A stretch of 61,365 nt of DNA from Acidimicrobiia bacterium (GTDB lineage: Bacteria > Actinomycetota > Acidimicrobiia > Spongiisociales > JAHEDJ01), in contig JARGFH010000020.1 of the NCBI GenBank assembly GCA_029210695.1, positions 1 through 61,365 of the forward strand, read 5' to 3'. The position numbers and the translations under genes are program-made. This document shows, piece by piece, positions 46,766 through 56,082 of this stretch. Position 1 is the stretch's first letter; each line of letters begins with the position of its first letter. The notes under the pieces were generated by a model. The model was given only the letters and a program-made list of their open reading frames with translations, was not told where the DNA came from and ran no database searches.

Positions 46766-48562
46766 ATGGAGAAACTTCATTTCTTCGACGAGAACATCCC
46801 CTGTCTCGCCGCCTGTCCTGTCAACACGAATGCCGGCATGTACGTCGCCGCCATCGCAGACGGACAGGATGAACTGGCCTACCTGACTGCTCGCCTCCCC
46901 AATCCGTTTGCGTCCGTCTGCGGACGGGTTTGTGCGGCTCCCTGCGAGGACGCTTGTCGCCGCGGCGAAATCGACAAGCCCATTGCCATTCGGGCACTCA
47001 AGCGGTTCGTCACCGATCAATTCGGTGTGGAAGCGGGCATGGACACCTACAAGCAGGTCGCCGCTCCCCCACTCGAGTCGCGACCACAGAGCGTCGGTAT
47101 CGTCGGAGGGGGCCCGGCCGGCCTGGCTGCCGCCCACGACCTCCGCCGTCTCGGCTACGCCGTCACCCTGTATGAAGCCACCGGGCAACTCGGCGGCATG
47201 ATGCTGCTCGGGATCCCCGAGTACCGCCTGGATCGATCCCTTCTGGCGGCGGAGATCAAAGCCATCACCGATCTGGGTGTTGAGGTGCGTTTGAACACGA
47301 AACTCGGCGAAGGCATCACACTCGACGACGCCCGCCGACGCCACGATGCGGTATTCGTGGCTATTGGGGCGACCCTGGGGCGCGGCCTCGACCTCGAAGG
47401 CCACGACGCAGACGGGGTCTTGAAGGCGATCGAGTATCTCATCAACGCCAACCAGGGTTTTGCTACCGAGGTCGGCCAGAAGGTCGTCGTGATCGGTGGC
47501 GGCGACGTGGCGATGGATGCCGCCAGGACCGCCCTGCGAGCTGCAACATACGATGAGATTGCCCGCCGCCACGCTGAATACGACGAAGAGGACGGGCGCT
47601 CTTCAATGACCGAAGCCCTCGACGTTGCCCGAACGGCTGCGCGGACGGGCGCCCAGGACATCACCATCATGTCCCTGGAGGCCAAACACGAAATGCCGGC
47701 CTCGGAGTTCGAGGTCGAAGAAGCGGAGCACGAGGACATCAAGTTCGTCAACCGCCGCGGCCCCGCCCGGATCCTCACCGCAGATGGCAAGGTCACCGGC
47801 ATAGAGACGATCGGGGTCACGCGCGTATTCGACGAGAACGGCCGCTTCTCTCCTGAATTCGATGACGCCGATCGAGTGACGCTAGAGGCCGACACAATCA
47901 TCATGGCGATCGGCCAGGCCATCGACGTTGAGGCGCTGGGGGCGAATGGTCCGGAGCTCAGTCCTCGCAAGACCATCCAGGTGGGTGACGACAGCCTGGC
48001 GACTTCACTTCCGATGGTATGGGCCGGTGGCGACGCGGCCAGAGGCCCGCGCACCCTCATCGACGCGATAGCAGACGGCCGGATCGCGGCCCGTGAGATC
48101 CACGAGGCATTCGGTGGCAGCTTCGCCGAGCAAGATGCCGGAACCATGGTGCAGCTTGACCAATTCCACCGTCTCGACGACGTCTACGACCGGGTCCCCC
48201 GGGTCGCCGTACCCACGCTGCCGACCGACCGGCGCATCGGTCTGGCAGAAGTCGAAACAGGGTTCACCATCGAAGAGGCCAGGTGTGAGGCACAGAGGTG
48301 TCTGCGCTGCTTCGCCAACATCCTCCTCGACACGGACATCTGTGTGCTGTGCGCGCTGTGCGCCGACGTCTGCCCGCTCGACCTGATCTCGCTGGTGCCT
48401 TCTGAGGACATTCACCCGGACGAGGCGGGTGGCACGGCATTAATGTTGAACGAGCAGAGCTGCATCCGCTGCGCGCTGTGCATAGAGCGATGCCCGACGG
48501 ATGCGTTGTCGATGGGGCTATGGACCGGAGTGGGAGTGCCGACCTTGGGAGCACGGGTATGA
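46766..48562 (+). CDS. FAD/Fe-S oxidoreductase of the GltD/NfnB/DsrL family with C-terminal 2x[4Fe-4S] ferredoxin
   Basis: PCLAACP...CGRVCAAPCEDAC, GGGPAG, GIPEYRL, GGGDVAMD, AGGD, RCLRC, CVLCALCADVCP, CIRCALCIERCP. Confidence 0.9.
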   Translation: MEKLHFFDENIPCLAACPVNTNAGMYVAAIADGQDELAYLTARLPNPFASVCGRVCAAPCEDACRRGEIDKPIAIRALKRFVTDQFGVEAGMDTYKQVAAPPLESRPQSVGIVGGGPAGLAAAHDLRRLGYAVTLYEATGQLGGMMLLGIPEYRLDRSLLAAEIKAITDLGVEVRLNTKLGEGITLDDARRRHDAVFVAIGATLGRGLDLEGHDADGVLKAIEYLINANQGFATEVGQKVVVIGGGDVAMDAARTALRAATYDEIARRHAEYDEEDGRSSMTEALDVARTAARTGAQDITIMSLEAKHEMPASEFEVEEAEHEDIKFVNRRGPARILTADGKVTGIETIGVTRVFDENGRFSPEFDDADRVTLEADTIIMAIGQAIDVEALGANGPELSPRKTIQVGDDSLATSLPMVWAGGDAARGPRTLIDAIADGRIAAREIHEAFGGSFAEQDAGTMVQLDQFHRLDDVYDRVPRVAVPTLPTDRRIGLAEVETGFTIEEARCEAQRCLRCFANILLDTDICVLCALCADVCPLDLISLVPSEDIHPDEAGGTALMLNEQSCIRCALCIERCPTDALSMGLWTGVGVPTLGARV

Positions 48563-49296
48563 CGTTGGGACAACGAATCCGCGAGAGCATCATTGGTCGT
48601 TCGATCTGGCGTGCCACCGACCGAACCACTGAACGCGATCAGGCGGCCGGACACTGGGCGAACTTCTTCCTGCACATCTATCCGGTGAAGGTGCGCCGAA
48701 AGGAGATCACGTTCCGCTACTCCTGGTATCTCGGTGTGGCGTCGCTGGTCCTGTTCGGATCTCTTCTAGTGTCGGGCATCTACCTGATGTTCTTCTACGT
48801 CCCGTCGCCTGCCCAGGCCTACGGCGACATCCTCAACCTGCAGACCCGGGTGGCTTTCGGCCAGTACATCCGTAACGTCCACCGCTGGTCGGCTCACCTC
48901 ATGGTGCTGGTCGTCGCCGCGCACATGGCAAGGGTGTTTTACCGGGGCGCCTACAAGAAACCGCGTGAATTCAACTGGGGTGTCGGCGTCATCCTCCTCG
49001 TGCTCACGCTGCTCCTTTCCTTCACCGGCTACCTGCTCCCCTGGGACCAGCTCGCCTACTGGGCTGTCACGGTCGGCACCGAGATGGCCGCCTTCGTCCC
49101 GCTGATCGGAGACACCGTCAAGGAGATGATGCTGGGTGGGCCGGTAGTTGCATCGTCGACGCTGCTGCGGTTCTACGTTCTGCATGTCGCCGTGCTACCC
49201 ACGGCCGTCGTCCTCCTCATCACGATCCATTTGTGGAGATGGCGCAAAGACAGCATGCTCGACGCGGCGAAGGAGGGTGTTGATGTCGACGCCTAG
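48559..49296 (+). CDS. Cytochrome b6-type (split, N-terminal) subunit, complex 2
   Basis: FFLHIYP, RNVHRWSAH...HMARVF, GYLLPWDQLAYWA, FYVLH-x14-H; ATGA-coupled to the flavoprotein. Confidence 0.92.
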   Translation: MTLGQRIRESIIGRSIWRATDRTTERDQAAGHWANFFLHIYPVKVRRKEITFRYSWYLGVASLVLFGSLLVSGIYLMFFYVPSPAQAYGDILNLQTRVAFGQYIRNVHRWSAHLMVLVVAAHMARVFYRGAYKKPREFNWGVGVILLVLTLLLSFTGYLLPWDQLAYWAVTVGTEMAAFVPLIGDTVKEMMLGGPVVASSTLLRFYVLHVAVLPTAVVLLITIHLWRWRKDSMLDAAKEGVDVDA

Positions 49297-49819
49297 ACCC
49301 GATCAGGAGAATCCTGAGATCATCGCCGGACAACGGGTGCTCGGGGTTGTTCCCGGCAAGCCACCCGGCGGCGACCGCAAGGTTCTGAGCGAGCAGGAGC
49401 CGGTCATGGTCTGGCCGCATCTGCTCGTCCGCCACGCCGTGGCGGCGCTGGTGGTCATCGCCGTCGTTCTGGTTCTCGCCATCTTCTTCGATGCCCCGCT
49501 ACGTGAGATCGCCAACCCCACACTGACGCCGAACCCGGAGAAAGCCCCCTGGTATTTCGCGGCGCTCCAGGAACTGCTGGCGTTGTTCCACCCGCTGGTG
49601 GCCGGTGTGCTGGTTCCGGGCGCCATCGTCCTCGGGCTCTTCGCGCTTCCATACGTCGACAGGACTTCTACGATCGAGCCACGTTTCCGCAAGGTGGCGG
49701 TGGCGACCTTCACGATCTTCATGGTCGTGTGGATAATCCTGACGATTATCGGATTCGCCTTCCGCGGCCCCAACTGGGGTTGGGTGTGGCCCTGGCAAGA
49801 GTGGTACGGAGAGTTATGA
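49283..49819 (+). CDS. Cytochrome b subunit IV-like, complex 2 (APWY variant)
   Basis: VWPHLL, DAPLREIANP, PNPEKAPWYF..LQELL, LPYVD, FRGPNW. Confidence 0.88.
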   Translation: MSTPRPDQENPEIIAGQRVLGVVPGKPPGGDRKVLSEQEPVMVWPHLLVRHAVAALVVIAVVLVLAIFFDAPLREIANPTLTPNPEKAPWYFAALQELLALFHPLVAGVLVPGAIVLGLFALPYVDRTSTIEPRFRKVAVATFTIFMVVWIILTIIGFAFRGPNWGWVWPWQEWYGEL

Positions 49820-50322
49820 GCAACGGAATCGGTCGGAGAGAATTCCTGTCCAGGGCCTGGAAGTGGGGAGCGGCCCTCATCGGCGTCGCCGGGGGCTGGA
49901 CCACCTGGGACATCCTGCAGCCCCGGATCACCGGAGGGTTCGGTGGGATCATCAAGACAAAGGCAGCCGACACGGTGCCGGACGCCACCGTCGAATCCAT
50001 CCGCGCCGCCAGAACCTACCTCACCAGGATCGACGGTGAGGTCGTAGCCCTCTCCGAGAAGTGTCCGCACCTCGGTTGCCGGGTGCCGTGGTGCGATTCG
50101 TCCGGACAATTCGAGTGCCCGTGCCACGGATCGGTCTTCAACCGGGCGGGCGAGTACCGCTCAGGACCGACCCCGCGCGGAATGGACCGCTACGAGTTCG
50201 AGACGATCGACGGCATCGTCTACGTCGACACCGGAACACTGATATCCGGACCGGCGATCGGTGTGGAGACCCTCAACGAACCCGTACGAGGGCCATCGTG
50301 TGAGGACAGCTCGCATGGGTGA
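49816..50322 (+). CDS. Rieske iron-sulfur subunit, complex 2
   Basis: Tat GRREFL, CPHLGC...CPCHGSVF, GPTPRGMD. Confidence 0.92.
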   Translation: MSNGIGRREFLSRAWKWGAALIGVAGGWTTWDILQPRITGGFGGIIKTKAADTVPDATVESIRAARTYLTRIDGEVVALSEKCPHLGCRVPWCDSSGQFECPCHGSVFNRAGEYRSGPTPRGMDRYEFETIDGIVYVDTGTLISGPAIGVETLNEPVRGPSCEDSSHG

Positions 50323-50779
50323 GCGACCGGTTGATCAGGAACTCGAGCAATCGACCGTCAAGTGGATGCAAGCCGGACTGGCCCTGATGGTCGTCCTGGT
50401 GCTGGCCTTCCCGGCCTACCGGCTGCTGGAACCCACCAACCGTGAGGAGGCGCGTCAGCTACTGACGGAGGAGCTGGCTGCGCAGGGCGAGGAACTGTTC
50501 GTCGGCCAGTGCGCCGCCTGCCACGGCGAAAACGGGCTGGACGGACAAATCGGTCCGTCGTTGAACTCGAAGCAGTTCCTCGAAGCCGCCACCGACGCCC
50601 AGATCATCAGCCTCGTCTCGGTCGGCGTCCCGGGCTCCCAGATGGGCGCCTACTCGATCGACTTCGGCGGTCCACTGACCCTGGAGCAAATCACGGGCAT
50701 CGCGACCTACTTGCGCTCGCTGGAAGAAGACGCCCCGGACAACCCGGACTGGCGAGCAGTCGTGGAACCGGGGAACTAG
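50315..50779 (+). CDS. Membrane-anchored monoheme cytochrome c
   Basis: One TM, CAACH, GPSLN, GSQM. Confidence 0.88.
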   Translation: MGERPVDQELEQSTVKWMQAGLALMVVLVLAFPAYRLLEPTNREEARQLLTEELAAQGEELFVGQCAACHGENGLDGQIGPSLNSKQFLEAATDAQIISLVSVGVPGSQMGAYSIDFGGPLTLEQITGIATYLRSLEEDAPDNPDWRAVVEPGN

Positions 50780-51186
50780 TCGCGAGTTCCTAGTCGCGAG
50801 TTACTAGTCGCCCCCTCACGCGTTTCTCCCCCGCTGAAGCTCGCGACACGCGACCCTCTCTCCGTGAGGGGAGAACACGTCAACCCAAACCCGCGACCCC
50901 CAACGCGTTTCTCCCCCGCCGAAACGGGGGAGATGCCGAATCCACGAGGCAGAGGGGCCACCCGCCACACGCGACCCGCGACCCGCTCGAGGCAGAAGGG
51001 CACTCGCGACGCACAGCCCCCCTCCCCTCCAGTCGCTCCGCTCCCTCCAGGACTCCCCCCACTCCGTGAGGAGAGAACACATCAAACGACCCGCCACCCC
51101 CCAATGGGCACTCGCGACACGCGACCCGCGACTCGCGACCCTCTCGAGGCAGAGGGGGCCACCCGCGACCCGCGACCCGCGACTCG
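50778..51186. repeat. Mosaic of REP-like hairpins and (g/a)cgcgac heptamers between convergent operons
   Basis: tctcccccg-ccgaaa-cgggggaga (50910-33); tccgtgaggRgagaacacRtcaa at 50861 and 51063; repeated gaggcaga(g/a)ggg; cgcgacc/cgcgact runs. Confidence 0.75.
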
Positions 51187-51609
51187 CTACGCGTCCGTCG
51201 GGACCTCGTAGGGGTGGCCTTCGTCCTCAGGTGCTTGATACTGCTCGTCGTGTTTGACGACCAGTTGGTCGCTGCGGAATACGTCACCGTCCCAGGCGCC
51301 CTCGACGATCGCACCGACGCCCTCGCGGAACAGCTCCGGCGGAGCTCCCTCGTGCACGACGTGCACTTCATGGGCGCCGTCCGACACCGTGAACTCCACT
51401 CCGTCGGCGGTGGCCACCAGCGTCCCGGCTTCGACCTGACCGCCGAGTCGGAACCGCTCACCATCGGGGAATTGGGCCCTCTGCTCGACCGCCTCGTTGG
51501 GCGTCAAGTAGTAGACGAGGTTCTCGCCGAGGCTGAGAAACACCATCCATCCGATGATCACGACGATCGCTCCGATGGCGGGTAGTACGAACCAGCGATA
51601 TCGAGTCAT
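51187..51609 (-). CDS. ccmE: Heme chaperone CcmE
   Basis: NLVYYLTP, RLGGQV, PELFREG, KHDEQY (HxxxY). Confidence 0.95.
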   Translation of the reverse strand: MTRYRWFVLPAIGAIVVIIGWMVFLSLGENLVYYLTPNEAVEQRAQFPDGERFRLGGQVEAGTLVATADGVEFTVSDGAHEVHVVHEGAPPELFREGVGAIVEGAWDGDVFRSDQLVVKHDEQYQAPEDEGHPYEVPTDA

Positions 51610-51610
51610 G

Positions 51611-51724
51611 TCAGCCCTCCACCCGGCGGCGGACGCTACGCAAGCGCACCGTCAAAAACGCCGCATATCCGATCATGAAGCCGTACACCACTGTGTAGGC
51701 AACAACGACCCATCCGTTAGACAT
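51611..51724 (-). CDS. ccmD: CcmD-like small membrane protein (37 aa)
   Basis: MSNGWVVVAYTVVYGFMIGYAAFLTVRLRSVRRR; between ccmC and ccmE. Confidence 0.7.
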   Translation of the reverse strand: MSNGWVVVAYTVVYGFMIGYAAFLTVRLRSVRRRVEG

Positions 51725-52442
51725 CACGCACCTTCTCGAGATTGGGAGCCGTGATAGCGGCACCGGCGGGGGTGGCATCAGCGGCGGCGGACTGTTCTTC
51801 GAGTTCTTCCTCGCCCCTGGCAATGGCCGTCTTGACGCTCATGAAAGCGAGATAGACCACAGTGAAGGCTCCGACGTTGCTGAGCAACGCCAGCAGGATC
51901 TCCCCATCGATCGGAGAGTCCGGTCGCACCACCGTGATCCCCTGGTGCAGCGTGCGCACGATGATCACCGAAACGTACGACAGCGGCACGAGGAAGAAGG
52001 CGACGATGCCCAGCACCGCGGATCTCGTCGCCCGCATGGCCGGGTCGGGAATGCTGCGGCGCAAGGCCAGGTACCCGAGGTAGACAAAGAACATGAGGGC
52101 GGTCGTCATCATGCGGGCGTCGCCCCAGTCCCAGAACGTCCCCCACACCGGGTAACCCCAGATCATGCCGGTCATGAGCGCCAGTGCGGTAAAGAACACA
52201 CCGACCGAAACGCTCGACTCGGCAATTCGATCGTAAACGGGCTTGCGTCTCGCCAGCCACAGGATCGAGGCGCCGAACGTCACGAGAAACGAGAGGTAGG
52301 CAAGCCACGCAGAAGGAACGTGGACGTACATGATGCGGGTGTATTCGCCCTGCAACTGATCGAGCGGCGCCTGGCCACCGAAGTAGAAGCCGACCAGAAC
52401 CGCCGCCAGGGCGGTCAACCCGAGTATTCGATGTCTATTCAA
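51717..52442 (-). CDS. ccmC: Heme exporter protein C
   Basis: IMYVHVPSAW, WWD motif WGYPVWGTFWDWGDARM, RTLHQ. Confidence 0.93.
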   Translation of the reverse strand: MNRHRILGLTALAAVLVGFYFGGQAPLDQLQGEYTRIMYVHVPSAWLAYLSFLVTFGASILWLARRKPVYDRIAESSVSVGVFFTALALMTGMIWGYPVWGTFWDWGDARMMTTALMFFVYLGYLALRRSIPDPAMRATRSAVLGIVAFFLVPLSYVSVIIVRTLHQGITVVRPDSPIDGEILLALLSNVGAFTVVYLAFMSVKTAIARGEEELEEQSAAADATPAGAAITAPNLEKVRDV

Positions 52443-53119
52443 CGTGAGGCCTCCTCGAGAAATCGGGCGGTCAGCACACCTACCACTGCCAGCCCGAGTA
52501 CCACGGCAAGTAGCAGAAGGATGGGAGTGAGGATACTTGACTTCTGCGCCAACGCTTCATACGTCTGTGATGCTCCGACGAGCAACGGGAGAGCCAGTGG
52601 TGCCACCAGCAGCGGTGCCAGCGTGTTGCGAGAGCGCAGACCGGCGGTGATACCGGAGGCGAGCGTGCCGATGAGCGCCAGGCCGACGGCCATCAGCACA
52701 AGGACCAGGATCAGGATCGCCCACCCGTCTACCGGGTCCGGGTTGTAGAGGATGATGGTGGCGGGAGCGAGCACTCCTTCGAACACGAGCAACAGGAGGA
52801 AGCTCGCCACCACCCTGCCTGCGAACTGCGCGGCCGGGTCAACGCCGAGCAACACCATCATCTCGCGATTGGCCGCGCTTTCCGTGGCCGACTGTCGAAA
52901 GGTGACCAGCATCCCGAACAGCAGGGTCACGACCCAGAACATTCCGGGTCCGATCGAGGCGATGAGGGGCCGGTCGGTTCCAATTGCCAGCGGAATGAGG
53001 AGCAGTGCAACCGCTCCAAACGGGATGGTGATGTTCAGGACCTCGCCGGTTCGGCCCTCGACCCGCAGATCCTTCAGAACGATCTCGTATGCCTGACCCC
53101 AGAACGATGGACCGCTCAT
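52439..53119 (-). CDS. ccmB: Heme exporter protein B
   Basis: KDLRVEGR, PGMFWV, LAPLLVAPLALP; between ccmA and ccmC. Confidence 0.88.
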   Translation of the reverse strand: MSGPSFWGQAYEIVLKDLRVEGRTGEVLNITIPFGAVALLLIPLAIGTDRPLIASIGPGMFWVVTLLFGMLVTFRQSATESAANREMMVLLGVDPAAQFAGRVVASFLLLLVFEGVLAPATIILYNPDPVDGWAILILVLVLMAVGLALIGTLASGITAGLRSRNTLAPLLVAPLALPLLVGASQTYEALAQKSSILTPILLLLAVVLGLAVVGVLTARFLEEASR

Positions 53120-53772
53120 CGTGACCTCCCCGCGATCACGGTCCCACCGGTCAGCTCATAGGTCGATTGCACCAGCGGCAACATGCGGTCGAGTTCGTGC
53201 GAAACGAAGACGGCGGCGCCGCCGCGCGAACGGACGTTGTCGACCACGGCGTCGACCAGCTGCGCGGCTTCCCGATCTAGTCCGGCGTGGGCCTCGTCGA
53301 GCAGCAGTAGATCCGGCCTGGTCAGAATCACCCTGGCGAACTCCACGCGTCGCTGCATCCCATGCGACGACTGCTCCGCCCGCCGGTGTTTCGCCCCACC
53401 CAGCCCGACCACGTCGAGCATCTCATCCACCCGCTCGTCTGTATGACCCGACAACCGGGCGACGAAGGAGAGGTTCTCACGCAGGGTCAACTGCGGGTAG
53501 AGCGCCGGCTGATGGCCGATGAGGGCGATCCGGCGCCGGATCGCATAAGCGGTCGATTCGCCCATCTCGGTACCGAACACCGCCACCGACCCCTCCGTCG
53601 GTCGCAGCAAAGTGGCCAGCACCCGCAGCAGCGTCGACTTGCCGGAACCATTCGGCCCGACGATCCCGGCTGCTTCTCCGGACGGCACCGCCAGTTCCAC
53701 GCCTTTCAATACCGGAACCCGGCCGTATCGAACGGCGACGCCGTGCAGCTGCACTGTGGGAGGTGTGGACAT
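53116..53772 (-). CDS. ccmA: Heme ABC exporter ATP-binding protein
   Basis: GPNGSGKST, IGHQPALYPQLT, SSHGMQRR, LLLDE, VSH. Confidence 0.88.
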   Translation of the reverse strand: MSTPPTVQLHGVAVRYGRVPVLKGVELAVPSGEAAGIVGPNGSGKSTLLRVLATLLRPTEGSVAVFGTEMGESTAYAIRRRIALIGHQPALYPQLTLRENLSFVARLSGHTDERVDEMLDVVGLGGAKHRRAEQSSHGMQRRVEFARVILTRPDLLLLDEAHAGLDREAAQLVDAVVDNVRSRGGAAVFVSHELDRMLPLVQSTYELTGGTVIAGRSR

Positions 53773-53889
53773 GACAGACGAGTGTACGCCCGCAGCCCCC
53801 GGCGCCGAAACGCGCGCCCGGGTTGCCACCACCTGCTGCCTCCCGTTCATCACCTTCCTAGGTTTCCATGAGCTGGTTTCCACCAGGCA

Positions 53890-53926
53890 GGGCCCAAGGA
53901 CACCGGTGCGCGAGGACTTTGCGCTG
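53890..53926. promoter_or_regulatory. DosR/DevR-like boxes in the divergent ccm promoter region
   Basis: GGGCCCAAGGACAC (53890) and AGGACTTTGCGCTG (53913); TATCCT at 53950. Confidence 0.4.
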
Positions 53927-54042
53927 TTGGTGTGTTTCCGATATACCCGTATCCTCTGGAATGAGAAACGGGGGACCGACCCTGAATCGCCGCTGAAACG
54001 GCTCATTCAAACGGTGATCCCCATGGAGGAAGGCACAGCACA

Positions 54043-56082
54043 ATGAACGCGACCCTCGGATATCTCTCGATCCTCGCCGCAGTGGTGGGAGCGCTCGGTA
54101 TCACCGTGCGGGGTTTCATCGCCATGCGAGATCCGGAGCGGGCGAACAAGGGGTATCTGGGGTTGCCCGTCATCCTGTTCTTGTCCGGAGCCGTCGGCGC
54201 AATATTCTTCCTGGAACTCGGGCTCCTCACCGACGACTTCTCGATCAAGTACATCGCCAACAACTCGTCATCCACCACCCCGTTTCTCTTCAAGTTCGCT
54301 TCGGGATGGGCATCCCTGGAGGGATCGATCGTGTTGTGGGGCCTGGTTCTGGCCGGCTTCACATTCGCCGTGTACGCGCGGTTCTTCCGTAGCCAAACCG
54401 GCGACCGGCTCGCAGCCGGTGCTCTGGCGATCATGGGTCTCATCTCCCTCTACTTCTTCGGGCTGATGGCCACGATCTCCGACCCCTTCGCCCGCTGCGT
54501 ACAAACGTTCAGCGACGGGGTCGGTTGCGTGACCGGCGAGAACGCGATTCTCGCCAACGTGATCTCCTCCCCGATCGAAGGGCGCGGTGCCAACGCACTG
54601 CTCCAGAACCACTGGCTCATGGCGCTGCATCCCCCAACGCTCTACGTCGGCTATGTCGGGCTGAGCGTCCCCTTTGCGTTTGCCATCTCGGCGCTCATCC
54701 TTCGGACGACCGGGGCGGACTGGCTGACCCGGACCCGTAATTGGACGGTGTTCGCCTGGATGTTCCTCACCGCCGGCATCGTGCTCGGTGGGCTCTGGTC
54801 GTATGAAGTGCTCGGCTGGGGCGGTTACTGGGCGTGGGATCCGGTTGAGAATGCCTCCTTCATGCCGTGGCTGGTAGCGACGGCCTTCTTGCACTCGTCG
54901 GTCGTACAGGCCAGGCGCGGGATGCTGCAATCGTGGAACTTCGTCCTCGTGATCACCACCTTCGCCCTCACGATTCTCGGTACCTTCTTGACCCGCTCCG
55001 GAGTGATCGTCTCGGTCCACAGCTTCTCTCAATCCGCCATCGGGCCGGCCCTGTTGATCTTCCTGGTGGTCGTGCTGCTGGGATCGCTCGGGCTCTTCGC
55101 CACCCGCGCCCACACCATCGCCTCTTCGCCCCGGCTCGATTCGCTCAGCAGCCGGGAAGGGGTGTTCTTGTTCAACAACCTTCTCCTGACGGTGTTCGCG
55201 TTCATGGTGCTGACCGGGACGCTCTACCCGCTCTTCGTCGAGGCGTTCTCCAACTCGACGGTGGGCGTCGGACGTCCATTCTTCGATCGCATGGCGATCC
55301 CGCTGTCCTTCCTCTTGTTGCTGGCGATGGGGATCGGACCGGTCTCGCCCTACCGGGCGGCGAGTGCCCGAGTCGTCTGGGAGCGGATTCGCTGGCCTTT
55401 CCGGGTGGCCCTCGGTGCCGCGGCGCTGGCCGTCGTGTTCGGCTACGGGAATTCGTTCCTGCTGCTCGGTGTCCTGACCGCGGTATTCGTCATGGGTGTG
55501 ATCATCCACAACCTCTACAACTCGGCCGGGATCCGGGCAGGCAAGCTCGGCATTGGACGGAGACAGGCTGCCGTACGGATCATGCGTGGCGACCCGCACT
55601 ACTGGGGCGGGCAGATCTCCCACCTGGGTGTCGCAATCCTGGCGCTGGGCATCGCCTTCTCTGCGAATTTGTCGGAGACGGCCACGATTTCTATCGACGC
55701 CGGCGACACCGTCAACTTCGCCGGATTCGAGGTGACCTATGAGGAGGCGTTCAGCCGGCAGGAACCCGGCCGGTTTGTCACCGGTGCAGACATCACCGTG
55801 ACCCGGGAGGGGTCGGTCGTCGGCAAGTACCAGCCACGCCTCAACCAGTACGGGAACACCCGCGAGTCCATCGCCACCCCGGAGGTCGACACAATGTTCA
55901 CCGGCGATCTCTACCTCTCACTCCGCAGTATCGATCCTTCCACCGTGGTCCTCGAGGTCTACTGGTTCCCGTTCATCTGGTTGATCTGGGTGGGTGGGTT
56001 CCTGGCGGCTGCGGCCGGAGTCTGGGGATTCGCAGTCAAGAAGCCCGAGCGGTCGATCGTGCCGGACGACACCCGTGTCTGA
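54043..56082 (+). CDS. ccmF: Heme lyase CcmF
   Basis: WASLEGS, LLQNH.LMALHPP.LY.GY, WSYEVLGWGGYWAWDPVENAS, TRSG..SVHSF. Confidence 0.96.
   Translation: MNATLGYLSILAAVVGALGITVRGFIAMRDPERANKGYLGLPVILFLSGAVGAIFFLELGLLTDDFSIKYIANNSSSTTPFLFKFASGWASLEGSIVLWGLVLAGFTFAVYARFFRSQTGDRLAAGALAIMGLISLYFFGLMATISDPFARCVQTFSDGVGCVTGENAILANVISSPIEGRGANALLQNHWLMALHPPTLYVGYVGLSVPFAFAISALILRTTGADWLTRTRNWTVFAWMFLTAGIVLGGLWSYEVLGWGGYWAWDPVENASFMPWLVATAFLHSSVVQARRGMLQSWNFVLVITTFALTILGTFLTRSGVIVSVHSFSQSAIGPALLIFLVVVLLGSLGLFATRAHTIASSPRLDSLSSREGVFLFNNLLLTVFAFMVLTGTLYPLFVEAFSNSTVGVGRPFFDRMAIPLSFLLLLAMGIGPVSPYRAASARVVWERIRWPFRVALGAAALAVVFGYGNSFLLLGVLTAVFVMGVIIHNLYNSAGIRAGKLGIGRRQAAVRIMRGDPHYWGGQISHLGVAILALGIAFSANLSETATISIDAGDTVNFAGFEVTYEEAFSRQEPGRFVTGADITVTREGSVVGKYQPRLNQYGNTRESIATPEVDTMFTGDLYLSLRSIDPSTVVLEVYWFPFIWLIWVGGFLAAAAGVWGFAVKKPERSIVPDDTRV

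Noticed and set aside
46766..48562. Glutamate synthase small subunit or evidence of Dsr sulfur metabolism
   Set aside because: No gltB or dsrAB in the window; extra C-terminal ferredoxin and coupling to cytochrome b indicate a different role
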